Assembly (NCBI GenBank): GCA_031409655.1
Contig: JANNXQ010000127.1
Coordinates: 51,497-115,496, forward strand
Source of the DNA: Chthoniobacteraceae bacterium
Lineage (GTDB): Bacteria > Verrucomicrobiota > Verrucomicrobiia > Chthoniobacterales > Chthoniobacteraceae
Length of the DNA: 64,000 nucleotides
Reading direction: 5' to 3'
Each line of letters opens with the position of its first letter. Position 1 is the stretch's first letter. Under the pieces are notes generated by a model. The model was not told the DNA's origin. It was given only the letters and a program-made list of their open reading frames with translations, and did no database searches. Of the stretch, positions 33,387-41,949 are shown one piece after another. The translations under genes were made by a program, and so were the position numbers.

Positions 33387-34340
33387 TCATCGCTGCGGGA
33401 CGACGAGGCGAGAGAGATCTTTCGCGCCTTTCAGAAAGCCCACGCTCTGCGCTTCGGCGACGAGGGCCTCGATCGGCGGGAGGGAGATTTCGCTGGTGAA
33501 AGTGAGCCGGGACCACGCGCGGTCAGCCAGCTCTGGCTTGAAGCTGGCCTTGGTGATTTCCTTGATCGAGGCGATGACGAGCGTCTTCGCGTCGTTGGGG
33601 TGCTGATTCACCCAGTCGGTGAGGGCAGTGTGCGCGGCGGCGAATTTTTTCACCAGCTCGGGGCGGGTCGCGAGCAGCTTCACGCTAGCGGCAAGCACCG
33701 TGGTGATGGCGTCCTTTTGCTCGAGGAAAATCTTCCCACCCGTCTCCATCTCGAGCCGCGAGACCCACGGCTCCACGGTCCACACGGCGTCGATCTGGCC
33801 GCGGGAGAAGAGGGAAAGTTGATCCGGATTTTGCGTCGGCAGGATGAAGACATCGCCGCCGAGTTGCGTGACGCGGAAGCCCTGGCGCTTCAGCCACGCG
33901 CGAGCGGCGACGTCCTGGGTATTGCCGAGCTGCGGAGTGCCGAGTTTTTTGCCCCAGAAATCCTGCGGCTTGCCGATGCGCCCGTCGCCCTGCACCACGA
34001 GGGCGGCGCCACCCGTTGCCGAGCCAGCGATGAGGCGGATCTCTTCGCCGCTGGATTTCACGTAGGCGTTGAGCGCGGGATTGGGGCCGACGTAGGTGAG
34101 GTCGAGCGCGCCAGTGAAGATGGCCTCCATGGTCGAGGGCCCGGCATTGTAGTGGAACCACTGGATCTTCACGTCCGGCCCGAGCCAGGGTTCAAACCAC
34201 CCGCGGCCCATGCGGGAAAGCTGGCTGGCCACGAGCGCCTGCGCGTGGGTGATATTGGGAAAATAGCCGACGCGGAGGATGGTTTCCGCGTGCGCAGAGA
34301 GGGCGAGGGCAAGCAGGGCGGCGAGGCATTTCATGGGCAT
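33387..34340 (-). CDS. ABC transporter substrate-binding protein (SsuA-like)
   Basis: Signal peptide; LRVGYFPNITHAQAL, YVGPNPA, TPQLGNTQDVA and EPWVSRL motifs. Confidence 0.92.
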   Translation of the reverse strand: MPMKCLAALLALALSAHAETILRVGYFPNITHAQALVASQLSRMGRGWFEPWLGPDVKIQWFHYNAGPSTMEAIFTGALDLTYVGPNPALNAYVKSSGEEIRLIAGSATGGAALVVQGDGRIGKPQDFWGKKLGTPQLGNTQDVAARAWLKRQGFRVTQLGGDVFILPTQNPDQLSLFSRGQIDAVWTVEPWVSRLEMETGGKIFLEQKDAITTVLAASVKLLATRPELVKKFAAAHTALTDWVNQHPNDAKTLVIASIKEITKASFKPELADRAWSRLTFTSEISLPPIEALVAEAQSVGFLKGAKDLSRLVVPQR

Positions 34341-34360
34341 GGAGCAGGGGACCGCTGCGG

Positions 34361-34522
34361 TCAGAATCGCACGGTCGTCAGCACGGAGGCAAAGTCGGCG
34401 TCATCGTGCGGGCCGGTTTCGCGCAGGTCGCTACCGGGAAAATGCAGGGGGTTTGTTTCGCCCCGCGCGATTCCCCCGACGAAGCCGGCCGCCGCGAGGG
34501 TGAGGAGTGGATGGATGCGCAT
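34361..34522 (-). pseudogene. Probable internally deleted outer-membrane porin relic (alginate-export-like)
   Basis: 53-aa ORF: signal peptide MRIHPLLTLAAAGFVGGIARG fused to HFPGSDLRETGPHDDADFASVLTTVRF, which resembles a beta-barrel terminal strand ending in Phe. Confidence 0.5.
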
Positions 34523-34654
34523 GGGCAATGGAAGCTCCTGCGTCAGGAGCGGGGCGAAGGGAGTAAAGGGCACCGGCAGTCTGCTCAAGTCGTGAATCTG
34601 TCCGACCCATTCGCGCTCGCACTCGCCGGCGCGCTTCGGCAGCATCCGCGAACC

Positions 34655-35548
34655 ATGAATCCCCAGACCCGTCGCACCTTCCTGCAAACCCTCGGCGCCG
34701 CGGCCCTCACCGCGCCGCTCGCCGCCCGCGCCGCTGAGCCCAAGCGCTTCCCGATCATCGGCTTTACCAAGCCTTTCCAAAAACTCAGCTACGACGAAAC
34801 CGCGGACGTGGTCGCGCAGATCGGCTGGGAAGGCATCGAACTGCCGCTCCGGGCCAAGGGCCAGATCGAGCCCGAGCGCGTCGAGGAAGAGCTGCCGAAG
34901 CTCCACGAGGCGCTGAAAAAACGCGGCCTGCACATCGGCATCATCACCACGGACATCGTGAATCCGGCCACGCCACACGCCGAGAAAGTCCTCCGCACCG
35001 CCCGGGCGCTCGGCATCAATCGCTACCGGCTTGGCTTCAACCGCTACAGCGGAGACGCCTCGCCGATCGACCAGCTCAAAGTCCTCAAGCCCGGCCTCCG
35101 CGATCTTGCCGCGCTGAACAAGGCGATCGGCATCCAGGGCGGCATCCAGAATCACAGCGGCGCCAATTTCGTCGGCTGCGCGGTCTGGGACATCTACGAA
35201 CTCGTCCGCGACCTTGACCCCAAGGCCCTCGGCGTCTGCTTCGATATCGGTCACGCGACGCTCGAGGGCGGCCTCTCGTGGCCCACGGACGCCCGCCTGA
35301 TGGAGCCATTTTTCACCTGCGCCTACGTGAAGGACTTTGCCTGGGTGAGGGACGAAAAGAAGGGCTTTATCCCAAAGTGGGGGCCGCTCGGGGAGGGCAC
35401 CGTGAAGCGCGAGTTCTTCGCGTGGCTCAAGAAGTCGAGCTACACCGGCCCGATCTCCTCGCATGTCGAGTATCTCGAAGGCGCCGGCCCCGAGCAGATC
35501 GCCCAGATCAAGAAGGACTGCGAGACTCTGAAAAGCTGGCTCGCGTGA
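34655..35548 (+). CDS. Tat-exported sugar phosphate isomerase/epimerase (AP endonuclease 2 TIM barrel)
   Basis: TRRTFL Tat motif; GFTKPFQ, IQNHSG, FDIGHA, YVKDF and SHVEY motifs. Confidence 0.9.
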   Translation: MNPQTRRTFLQTLGAAALTAPLAARAAEPKRFPIIGFTKPFQKLSYDETADVVAQIGWEGIELPLRAKGQIEPERVEEELPKLHEALKKRGLHIGIITTDIVNPATPHAEKVLRTARALGINRYRLGFNRYSGDASPIDQLKVLKPGLRDLAALNKAIGIQGGIQNHSGANFVGCAVWDIYELVRDLDPKALGVCFDIGHATLEGGLSWPTDARLMEPFFTCAYVKDFAWVRDEKKGFIPKWGPLGEGTVKREFFAWLKKSSYTGPISSHVEYLEGAGPEQIAQIKKDCETLKSWLA

Positions 35549-35575
35549 CCCGCCTCGCCTTCCTCACTTTCCCGG

Positions 35576-35615
35576 AAAAATAACACGGCTCGCCAAACCG
35601 AAATCTGGCGAGCCG
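35576..35615 (-). terminator. Intrinsic terminator (minus strand)
   Basis: 10-bp stem cggctcgcca/tggcgagccg followed on the minus strand by TGTTATTTTT. Confidence 0.6.
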
Positions 35616-35717
35616 GGTCCGAGGAGGAAAGTGAACGGGCACGAAAGAAATGCTCTAAGAGGGAGTTTTGCGCAAGCGATATTGTGCGCAAAGTTGCTTC
35701 GGGATGACTGGTGATAG

Positions 35718-35943
35718 ACCGCTGCGCATCGGGTTTTGTGAAATGGGGCAGGGTCCTTTGGCGTTTGGCGTTTGGCGTTTGGCGTTTGGCGTTTGGCGTT
35801 TAGCCCCGGGCAGCGGCCTCGGAATTTTTCACCCGTTATCCTAAGCGACGGCGCCTGCGGCGGGCCAAACTTCAAACTTCAAACGCCAAACGCCAAACGC
35901 CGAGGCAAACGGCCCCATTTCACAAAACTCGATGCGCAGCGGT
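35718..35943. mobile_element. MITE-like element: 32-bp TIRs enclosing a head-to-head heptamer array
   Basis: accgctgcgcatcgggttttgtgaaatggggc / gccccatttcacaaaactcgatgcgcagcggt (1 mismatch); inside are (tttggcg)x6 and caaactt/caaacgc units. Confidence 0.75.
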
Positions 35944-36041
35944 ATCCCAGCTTTGGAATCTGCGAATCCGGGCGGAGAGGAACTCCGGAAAATTGCCCCG
36001 CGGAATTCTCTCCGCGTCGCGCCGCTGCCTGGCCGCGGGCT

Positions 36042-36668
36042 TTACTCCTGATCCCGTCCGAAGCTGGCGTTGGTCATTTTCCAGCAGCGCACCAAGGCTT
36101 TTCCGGCATTGCCCAGGATCAAGGCCACGACCGCGAGGCCAAATGCGATCGTTCCTGGCTCTGGAATGCTGTCCTTGGGGTTAGTGGCCGCTGGCAGCGC
36201 TCCAGGGGTGGGGACGTTGAGGACGTTTGATCGAGTGTTGCTCCCGAAAGTGGCGAGTTCCGCGATGTTCGCCGCCGTGGGTTCGTAAGGACCGGCTGCG
36301 ATGCTGGCCAGACTACGCCCGCTGCGCTCCTGCCCACCGGTGCCGAGCAGCATGCTCGCGCGTTTGAAAATCGTTCCTTCTTCCGCCAGCACGTTTCCGG
36401 CGAGCCCCATGCCGAAGACCACGGAGACCCCCGCCAGCCGCAAGGGCCCTGCCTGGTCATCGGCTTTTTCCCTGGTGAAATCTACCGAACGGCCCAGGGC
36501 CGTCGGCCGCTCCAGCGTGACCGGAGCCGATTTACTCGCCCCCGGCTCGACCACCACCACGGCCGCTGCGGGCCCGCTGAGGACCAGCGAAAAGAGCGCG
36601 CCTGCGACGGCACCAGCCCACGAGGTTGGGCTTTGAGAAGAGATCGGCTTGGAGTTCAGGTCAGACAT
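36042..36668 (-). CDS. Small PEP-CTERM-type exported protein
   Basis: N-terminal hydrophobic signal; C-terminal IPEPGT + TM (IAFGLAVVALIL) + short tail. Confidence 0.65.
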   Translation of the reverse strand: MSDLNSKPISSQSPTSWAGAVAGALFSLVLSGPAAAVVVVEPGASKSAPVTLERPTALGRSVDFTREKADDQAGPLRLAGVSVVFGMGLAGNVLAEEGTIFKRASMLLGTGGQERSGRSLASIAAGPYEPTAANIAELATFGSNTRSNVLNVPTPGALPAATNPKDSIPEPGTIAFGLAVVALILGNAGKALVRCWKMTNASFGRDQE

Positions 36669-36905
36669 ACGTGCTTTGCCGCCGCCTCCTCTTGACTCTG
36701 GCCGCCGGGGGAAACGGGACAGGCCAGAAACAAGAAGAAACCGAGCGATCCGGTTGTATCGCACGCCCTGCGCCGCGCCTAGCTGGAAGGTTCTTAAATT
36801 CGCATCGGCGTTCATCCTACACCCGCAGGAGAAGCGGACCCTCGAGCGCGCCATCCCTCCTCGGCGACCCGCAGCCGCCCGCTTTTCCGAAAATCCGGCA
36901 CCGGG

Positions 36906-36922
36906 CTGGAACGCTTCATGCA
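36906..36922 (+). promoter_or_regulatory. Candidate sigma-54 (-24/-12) promoter
   Basis: CTGGAACGCTTCATGCA has exact GG-N10-GC spacing and lies about 35 nt upstream of the ATG at 36956. Confidence 0.5.
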
Positions 36923-36955
36923 ACACGCCGATCCACCTTTAAAACCATAACAACA

Positions 36956-38083
36956 ATGACCACCATACTTAAGAAAAGCATTCTCACCACCGCCTTCGCG
37001 GCCTTCGTTTCGATCGTTCCCGTTTCCGGAATTGAAGTCGGGATCGAAGATTCCAACATCCTCGCAAACAACGGCAGCTTCTCTCCCACCATCCGCTTCA
37101 GCGATAGCTATTCGGAGAAGGTGGTCACCCTCCGGGGCTTTGATGGTTCCCCGGCCACGCACGACGTCGAAGCTCAGCCCCAGAAGATCTCCGCGAAGGT
37201 CGTCGCCAATCTCGCCGACTTCGATTTCTCGCAAATCTCCGAGACCATGCCGGTCGAGTTTAACATCGGCGAATTCTCCTTCAGCGCGCTCCTCGGGGAA
37301 GAGGAAGGCCGCGGCGTCGATCGCCAGGGCAATGCCAGGCCCTTCGATCCCGCGAAGACCAGCGCCACCTTCCACTACTCCATCGAAGTCGATCGCCCGA
37401 ATGGCGACACCGTCCTGAAAAAGGCCGGCTCCATCGTCTTCGCCTGGTCGGTGAAAGCGAAGACTCTCACCGTCACCCTGACCCTCGCGAATGCGATTGA
37501 AAGCGGTGCCGGAGACATTTCGGCAAGCGAATTCATCGGCCTCGCGGATGACGGCGAAAAAGGCGGGAGCATTCCTTTTGTCTCCGAAGAGGTCCAGGTC
37601 GATGTGACCTTCGGCACCGCGCAGGGTTCGCGCGCGGCCTATGGCAAAGGCGTGACAAAGACCTCTTACCGGAAGTTTGGCTCCGAGGCCGCCGGCACGC
37701 TCGAGGAACTGACCGTGAACACGGTGACCGTCCAGGGCACCGCCGATGTCGCGGAGCCGGTGGTCGCCACGGTCGTCCCGGCGACGGATGAAGACGCCGA
37801 TGGCCTCGTGAGCTTCTCGGGCACCGTTGCCGACCTCGCTCCTGCCACCTTCAGCGGGGACATCCATTCGCTCGATATCTTCGTCTTTGTGAATGACGAA
37901 ACCGAGCCCTTCACCGCCGAACTCGAGGAGCCGGACGCGAAGGGCAAAGCCAGCTTCTCCGTCACCGACGTGCAACTTTCGACGCCGATCAACACCCTGC
38001 GGATCGTCGCCATCGACGGGAGCGGCAATCAAACCGTGATCATCAAGCGCGTCACGACGACCTTCGACGACAACGCAAGCTAA
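36956..38083 (+). CDS. Secreted acidic beta-rich hypothetical protein with C-terminal Ig-like domain
   Basis: Signal peptide MTTILKKSILTTAFAAFV; C-terminal VSFSGTVAD...NTLRIVAIDGSGNQT. Confidence 0.8.
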   Translation: MTTILKKSILTTAFAAFVSIVPVSGIEVGIEDSNILANNGSFSPTIRFSDSYSEKVVTLRGFDGSPATHDVEAQPQKISAKVVANLADFDFSQISETMPVEFNIGEFSFSALLGEEEGRGVDRQGNARPFDPAKTSATFHYSIEVDRPNGDTVLKKAGSIVFAWSVKAKTLTVTLTLANAIESGAGDISASEFIGLADDGEKGGSIPFVSEEVQVDVTFGTAQGSRAAYGKGVTKTSYRKFGSEAAGTLEELTVNTVTVQGTADVAEPVVATVVPATDEDADGLVSFSGTVADLAPATFSGDIHSLDIFVFVNDETEPFTAELEEPDAKGKASFSVTDVQLSTPINTLRIVAIDGSGNQTVIIKRVTTTFDDNAS

Positions 38084-38115
38084 CCCGCGGGAATCCAGCG
38101 GAGGTCAGACTTCCG

Positions 38116-38150
38116 AGGCCGGCGGCGAATCCTTCGCCGCCGGCCTTCTG
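38116..38150 (+). terminator. Hairpin terminator
   Basis: 14-bp perfect stem aggccggcggcgaa-tcc-ttcgccgccggcct just after the stop at 38083; weak U tract. Confidence 0.6.
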
Positions 38151-38209
38151 GCGTTCGGGAGGCGAGGGGACTCCGGCGAGGGTGATCAAAATGCCTGCAA
38201 ACGCGACGC

Positions 38210-38275
38210 CTCGTGCTCGTGCTCGTCCTCGTCCTCGAAATTCACAGTTCTTCGAGGACGATGACGAGCACGAGC
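38210..38275. repeat. Head-to-head hexamer (CTCGTG/CTCGTC) tandem palindrome
   Basis: ctcgtgctcgtgctcgtcctcgtcctcgaa ... ttcgaggacgatgacgagcacgag. Confidence 0.88.
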
Positions 38276-38392
38276 CACCCCGGCGAGCCTTGTCCCACAC
38301 TTTCGCAGGCCCGACTCCGCGAAGTCCCGCTTTGCAAGAGCGCCGCGGCCCGCTACGAGATGCCCACCCGGCGCCGGTGCGCTGGCTGCACT

Positions 38393-38962
38393 TTGCTGAA
38401 AATCGCCCTCTACGGCGGGACCTTCGATCCCATCCATCACGGCCACTTGATCCTCGCCCGCGAGGCCCTCGAGCGGCTGGCGCTCGATCGCGTCATTTTC
38501 ATCCCGGCCGCGCAATCCCCGCACAAGCTCCACACCCCGCCCGCGCCGCCGCGCGTGCGCCTGGAGATGGTCCGCGCCGCCCTGGCCGGCGAGCCGCGCT
38601 TTGCCTGCGACGATGCCGAGGTCGAGCGTCCCGGCCCCAGCTTTACCATCGAGACCGTGGAGCGCTACACCGCGCGCTTTCCGGACGCCGAGATCTACTA
38701 CTTCATCGGCCACGATAACGTGCGCGAACTCCCCACCTGGCGGCGCATTCAGGAACTCCGCCAGCTCGTGCGCTTCGTCGTCTTCGAGCGGGACGGCTGC
38801 GATCTCACCCACGAATTTGCCCACATCACCCGCCAGATCGACATCTCGGCCACCGAACTGCGCACGCGGGTTGCGTCCGGCGCGTCCATCCGCTATCTCG
38901 TCCCCGAAACCGTTCGGGTCATCATCGACCGGGAAAAACTCTACCAAGGAACCGCCCCCTGA
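38393..38962 (+). CDS. nadD: Nicotinate-nucleotide adenylyltransferase
   Basis: YGGTFDPIHHGH, IPAAQSPHK, SFTIET, FIGHD and ISATELR motifs. Start is TTG 38393 or ATG 38360. Confidence 0.95.
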   Translation: MLKIALYGGTFDPIHHGHLILAREALERLALDRVIFIPAAQSPHKLHTPPAPPRVRLEMVRAALAGEPRFACDDAEVERPGPSFTIETVERYTARFPDAEIYYFIGHDNVRELPTWRRIQELRQLVRFVVFERDGCDLTHEFAHITRQIDISATELRTRVASGASIRYLVPETVRVIIDREKLYQGTAP

Positions 38963-39312
38963 ATTCTGAAACCCTCGTCCGGCTCTGCGCCGGCATCCTC
39001 GACGACAAAAAAGCCGTCCGCATCGTCGCGCTCGATCTCCGCACCCTCTCCTCCTTCACGGATTTCTTTGTCATCGCCACGGGCACCTCGGAGCCGCACC
39101 TGAAGGCCCTTGCCGGCGAGCTGCAGAGCCGCTTGAAAGCGGAGCACGATGTCGAGGCTCTGGCCGTGGACGGCTTCCCCACCAGCCAGTGGCTCGTCGC
39201 CGATTTCAGCGACGTCGTCGTGCATCTTTTCAGCGAGGATAAACGCACCCTCTACGGCCTCGAAGACCTCTGGAGCGACGCCCCGCGCCTCGCCCTCCCC
39301 GCCGCGTCCTAG
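38959..39312 (+). CDS. rsfS: Ribosome silencing factor RsfS (Iojap), apparent CTG start
   Basis: Manual translation: NSETLVRLCAGILDDKKAVRIVALDL...TDFFVIATGTSEPHLKAL...WLVADFSDVVVHLFSEDKRTLYGLEDLWSDA. Follows nadD, the classic nadD-rsfS synteny. Confidence 0.93.
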   Translation: MNSETLVRLCAGILDDKKAVRIVALDLRTLSSFTDFFVIATGTSEPHLKALAGELQSRLKAEHDVEALAVDGFPTSQWLVADFSDVVVHLFSEDKRTLYGLEDLWSDAPRLALPAAS

Positions 39313-39391
39313 CCCGCGCGCCCGGCGCGATCACGAGTATAGCGGCCCACCTAGGCCGACGCCTTCTCGAAACCGAACGGGGAAGAGCTCC

Positions 39392-39444
39392 GGGGAGCAT
39401 ACGCGTCCCGCGTGTGGGGCGCGGCGTCCCGCCGCGACGAACTT
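39392..39444. repeat. GGAG-foot double-hairpin REP half
   Basis: ggggagcatacgcg-tcc-cgcgtgtg followed by cgcggcg-tcc-cgccgcg. Confidence 0.6.
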
Positions 39445-39530
39445 CCCGCCCCCGATCGATCCCGCGAAACCTCCCCATCGGAAACAAACCTGGCCCGTGT
39501 CCCCGGTGCAGAGCTCTCGCCATAAATTTC

Positions 39531-39609
39531 TGCACCGCAGAGCTTGGAAGACCGCAGAGAAAACTCTGGCAAAATCGCGCCTCTGCGTTCTTCCGATCTC
39601 TGCGGTGCA
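39531..39609. repeat. Inverted repeat (CCGCAGAG family)
   Basis: tgcaccgcagagcttggaagaccgcagag / ctctgcgttcttccgatctctgcggtgca; 26/29 complementary. Confidence 0.85.
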
Positions 39610-39614
39610 GCTTA

Positions 39615-39795
39615 TACCGCCGCGCATCATGATTCGGGAAAATGAGGCCGTGACTTTTGGCGTTTGAAGTTTGGCGTTTGAAGTTTGGCGTTTCAGAGGA
39701 GCCAACTCTGAACGCGAACGCCGCTGCGCGGGGCTCAACGCCAAACGCCAAACGCCAAACGATGACCCCGCCCGCTTGTCACAAGACGTGATGCG
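39615..39795. mobile_element. Diverged second copy of the 35718-35943 MITE-like element
   Basis: Left end taccgccgcgcatc...gaaaatgaggc; internal tttggcg/tttgaag versus aacgcca arrays; right end tcacaagacgtgatgcg. Confidence 0.65.
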
Positions 39796-39822
39796 GTGCA
39801 GCTCAATAATCCAGCCTCCGCC

Positions 39823-41079
39823 CTACAGAATCACCGGCCGCCGCGGCTTCCCCGCGGAATCCGGCGTCACCGCGCGGAAAAGCACCATCACCAGCACCGC
39901 GCCCAGCACCGGCACCAGCGGCAGCCAGATCAGCCAGCGATTGAACACCGCCATCGCCACCAGCACAAACACCGTCAGCACCAGCAGCCCCGCGCCCAGC
40001 GCCTGCAGCCGCGTCCAGCGCGGCACCCGGAAGGCCAGCAGCGCCACCAGCAGCAGCACCGGCGCCGCCACCCAGACCGGCGCCCGCCGGATGAAAGTCT
40101 GATTCTGGATCGTCGCGATCGCCGCCGCAAAAAGCTCCCCCGGCGAACCCTTGCGCAGCGCCGCCAGCGGCAGCGTCCGCGCATTCCTCTCCGTCCGCGC
40201 CAGCAGCACCACCCCGCCGGCCACCTGGCTCACCGGCACCGTCGTCGGCCGACCCGCCTCCGTCTGCTCTGCCGCCAGCAGCAGATCATCAAAACCAAAC
40301 GCCACCCGCGGCGTCCCAAAGTCCACCCGCATCCGGCCCGCCTCGTCGATCGGCACCCGCAGCTTCTCCCCCAGCGCCACCTCCGAGCCCAGCGTCACCA
40401 CGATCTCATCCGGCGTCAGCTTCGCCCAGAGCATCACCGCCTGGAGCACAAAGGACGGGATCACCTGCCCCCGATAGCGGAGCACCAGCGGCACCGAATT
40501 GTAGCGCCGCCGATCACTCGGCAGATTCACAAAACCCACCGTGGACGACAGCCGATACTGCTCCGGCGGCTGCTGCTCCACGGCCGTATATTCCGGCACC
40601 TCCCGCAGATCCCCGCGCACATTTTTTAAAAGCGGCACCTCCTGCAGCGGCGGGATCACCTGCGGATCTTCGGGAAAACCCAGATGCGCGCCGAGCAGCA
40701 CCTTCGGCGTGCGCAGGATCGCATCGCGCAGGATCTTCTCATACTGCGGCAGCTTCGCCTGCTGGTCCGCTGGCAGCACCAGCCGCTCCCAGTCCAGCAC
40801 TTCATCGATCGCCACCACCTCCGGCTTCAGCGGCAGCGCCGCCTGGAAAAAGAGCGAGAAATCCAGCGGCGTCCACGGCCACGCATGATCCGCCAGACTC
40901 TTGTCATCGATCTCCACCAGCGTCACCGGAGCCGAGGCCGCCTTGTGATGACTGTGACGCGCCAGAAAATCCGCAAAATCATTGTCCCACGAAGCCAGCG
41001 GTTCACGCTGCGCCTCCCAAAACAGCGCGAGGCCGGTGAGGAGCGTCAGGAGGAGCAATTGAGCGCCCGTGCGAAACAT
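39823..41079 (-). CDS. Stand-alone CHASE2-domain membrane protein
   Basis: N-terminal TM; VTLVEIDDKSL..WPWT, VVAID, VGFVN..D..RSVPL-like and PGEL..AAIATI segments; three C-terminal TMs and no output domain. Confidence 0.8.
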   Translation of the reverse strand: MFRTGAQLLLLTLLTGLALFWEAQREPLASWDNDFADFLARHSHHKAASAPVTLVEIDDKSLADHAWPWTPLDFSLFFQAALPLKPEVVAIDEVLDWERLVLPADQQAKLPQYEKILRDAILRTPKVLLGAHLGFPEDPQVIPPLQEVPLLKNVRGDLREVPEYTAVEQQPPEQYRLSSTVGFVNLPSDRRRYNSVPLVLRYRGQVIPSFVLQAVMLWAKLTPDEIVVTLGSEVALGEKLRVPIDEAGRMRVDFGTPRVAFGFDDLLLAAEQTEAGRPTTVPVSQVAGGVVLLARTERNARTLPLAALRKGSPGELFAAAIATIQNQTFIRRAPVWVAAPVLLLVALLAFRVPRWTRLQALGAGLLVLTVFVLVAMAVFNRWLIWLPLVPVLGAVLVMVLFRAVTPDSAGKPRRPVIL

Positions 41080-41187
41080 GTGGCGGGCAGATAGAGGAAA
41101 ACCCCGGACGACACCAAACAAAAAAGCCGGTCTGCCTGGAAGAATCCCCGAGCGCTTCCATCTCTGGCGCGCCGAGAAGTTTGGAGC

Positions 41188-41345
41188 ATGCCTATCCGCT
41201 TTGTCCCCAAGCTTCCCGAACTGGAGACAGGATTCACAGGATTCAGAGGATTCCAGGATTTCGCCAGCGGGAATCCCGTGAATCCTGCCAATCTTGATAA
41301 TTCTGTCCAACTCCCCCGCCACTTCGCCACGAACCGGATAGGCAT
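41188..41345 (-). mobile_element. 158-bp TIR-bounded cassette, copy 1 (core inverted relative to copies 2 and 3)
   Basis: atgcctatccg...ccggataggcat with internal head-to-head CAGGATT nonamers. Confidence 0.85.
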
Positions 41346-41398
41346 GGTTTGGAGTTTGGCGTTTGGCGCGCCGTCCGTCTCAGGATCTTCCTCTCCCC

Positions 41399-41836
41399 TT
41401 ACGGCTTCTTCTCCGCCTTGGGCTCGGCCTTCAATTCCTTGTCACTCTTGTCATCCTTCTTCCCCCCATCCGCACCTTTCGCGTCGGTCTTGGCATTCAC
41501 CGTCACCTTGTAGCCCTCGATGATTAGCTTCGCGTCTTTATCCCCGCCGCGCGCCAGGAGGTCCACTTCCGTCATCAGTTCCGTGAACTGCTTCTGCGTC
41601 TCCTCGGATTGCTCCACCAGCGGCTTGCGCTCTTCGATCGCCTTCGTGAGCTTGTCGCGGCTTTCCTTGAGCTTCGAGATTTGCTGATCCGCGTTATTGT
41701 TCTGCCATTTCATCGCCTTCATCCCTTGTCCCGCCCCTTTGATCTGGCTGAAAAAGAAGATGCCCAGCGCCAGCGCAATCAATGCTGCCGGCAGGTAGAG
41801 GTTCACGAGCGGGTTGGAGTTTTCTTCGGGGTCCAT
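41399..41836 (-). CDS. Membrane-anchored coiled-coil hypothetical protein
   Basis: N-terminal TM (LYLPAALIALALGIFFF), heptad-rich Q/E/K body and a charged tail. Confidence 0.8.
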   Translation of the reverse strand: MDPEENSNPLVNLYLPAALIALALGIFFFSQIKGAGQGMKAMKWQNNNADQQISKLKESRDKLTKAIEERKPLVEQSEETQKQFTELMTEVDLLARGGDKDAKLIIEGYKVTVNAKTDAKGADGGKKDDKSDKELKAEPKAEKKP

Positions 41837-41949
41837 GGTCGGAGAGTTTTTCGGGGTTGAGCGGGGTGGGTTTAGCGGGGTAAAGCGGGCTGCGCGGTCC
41901 TGCGATCCACCAGTCACAGATCACCATTCACGCGCGGGAGCGGGAGGCC

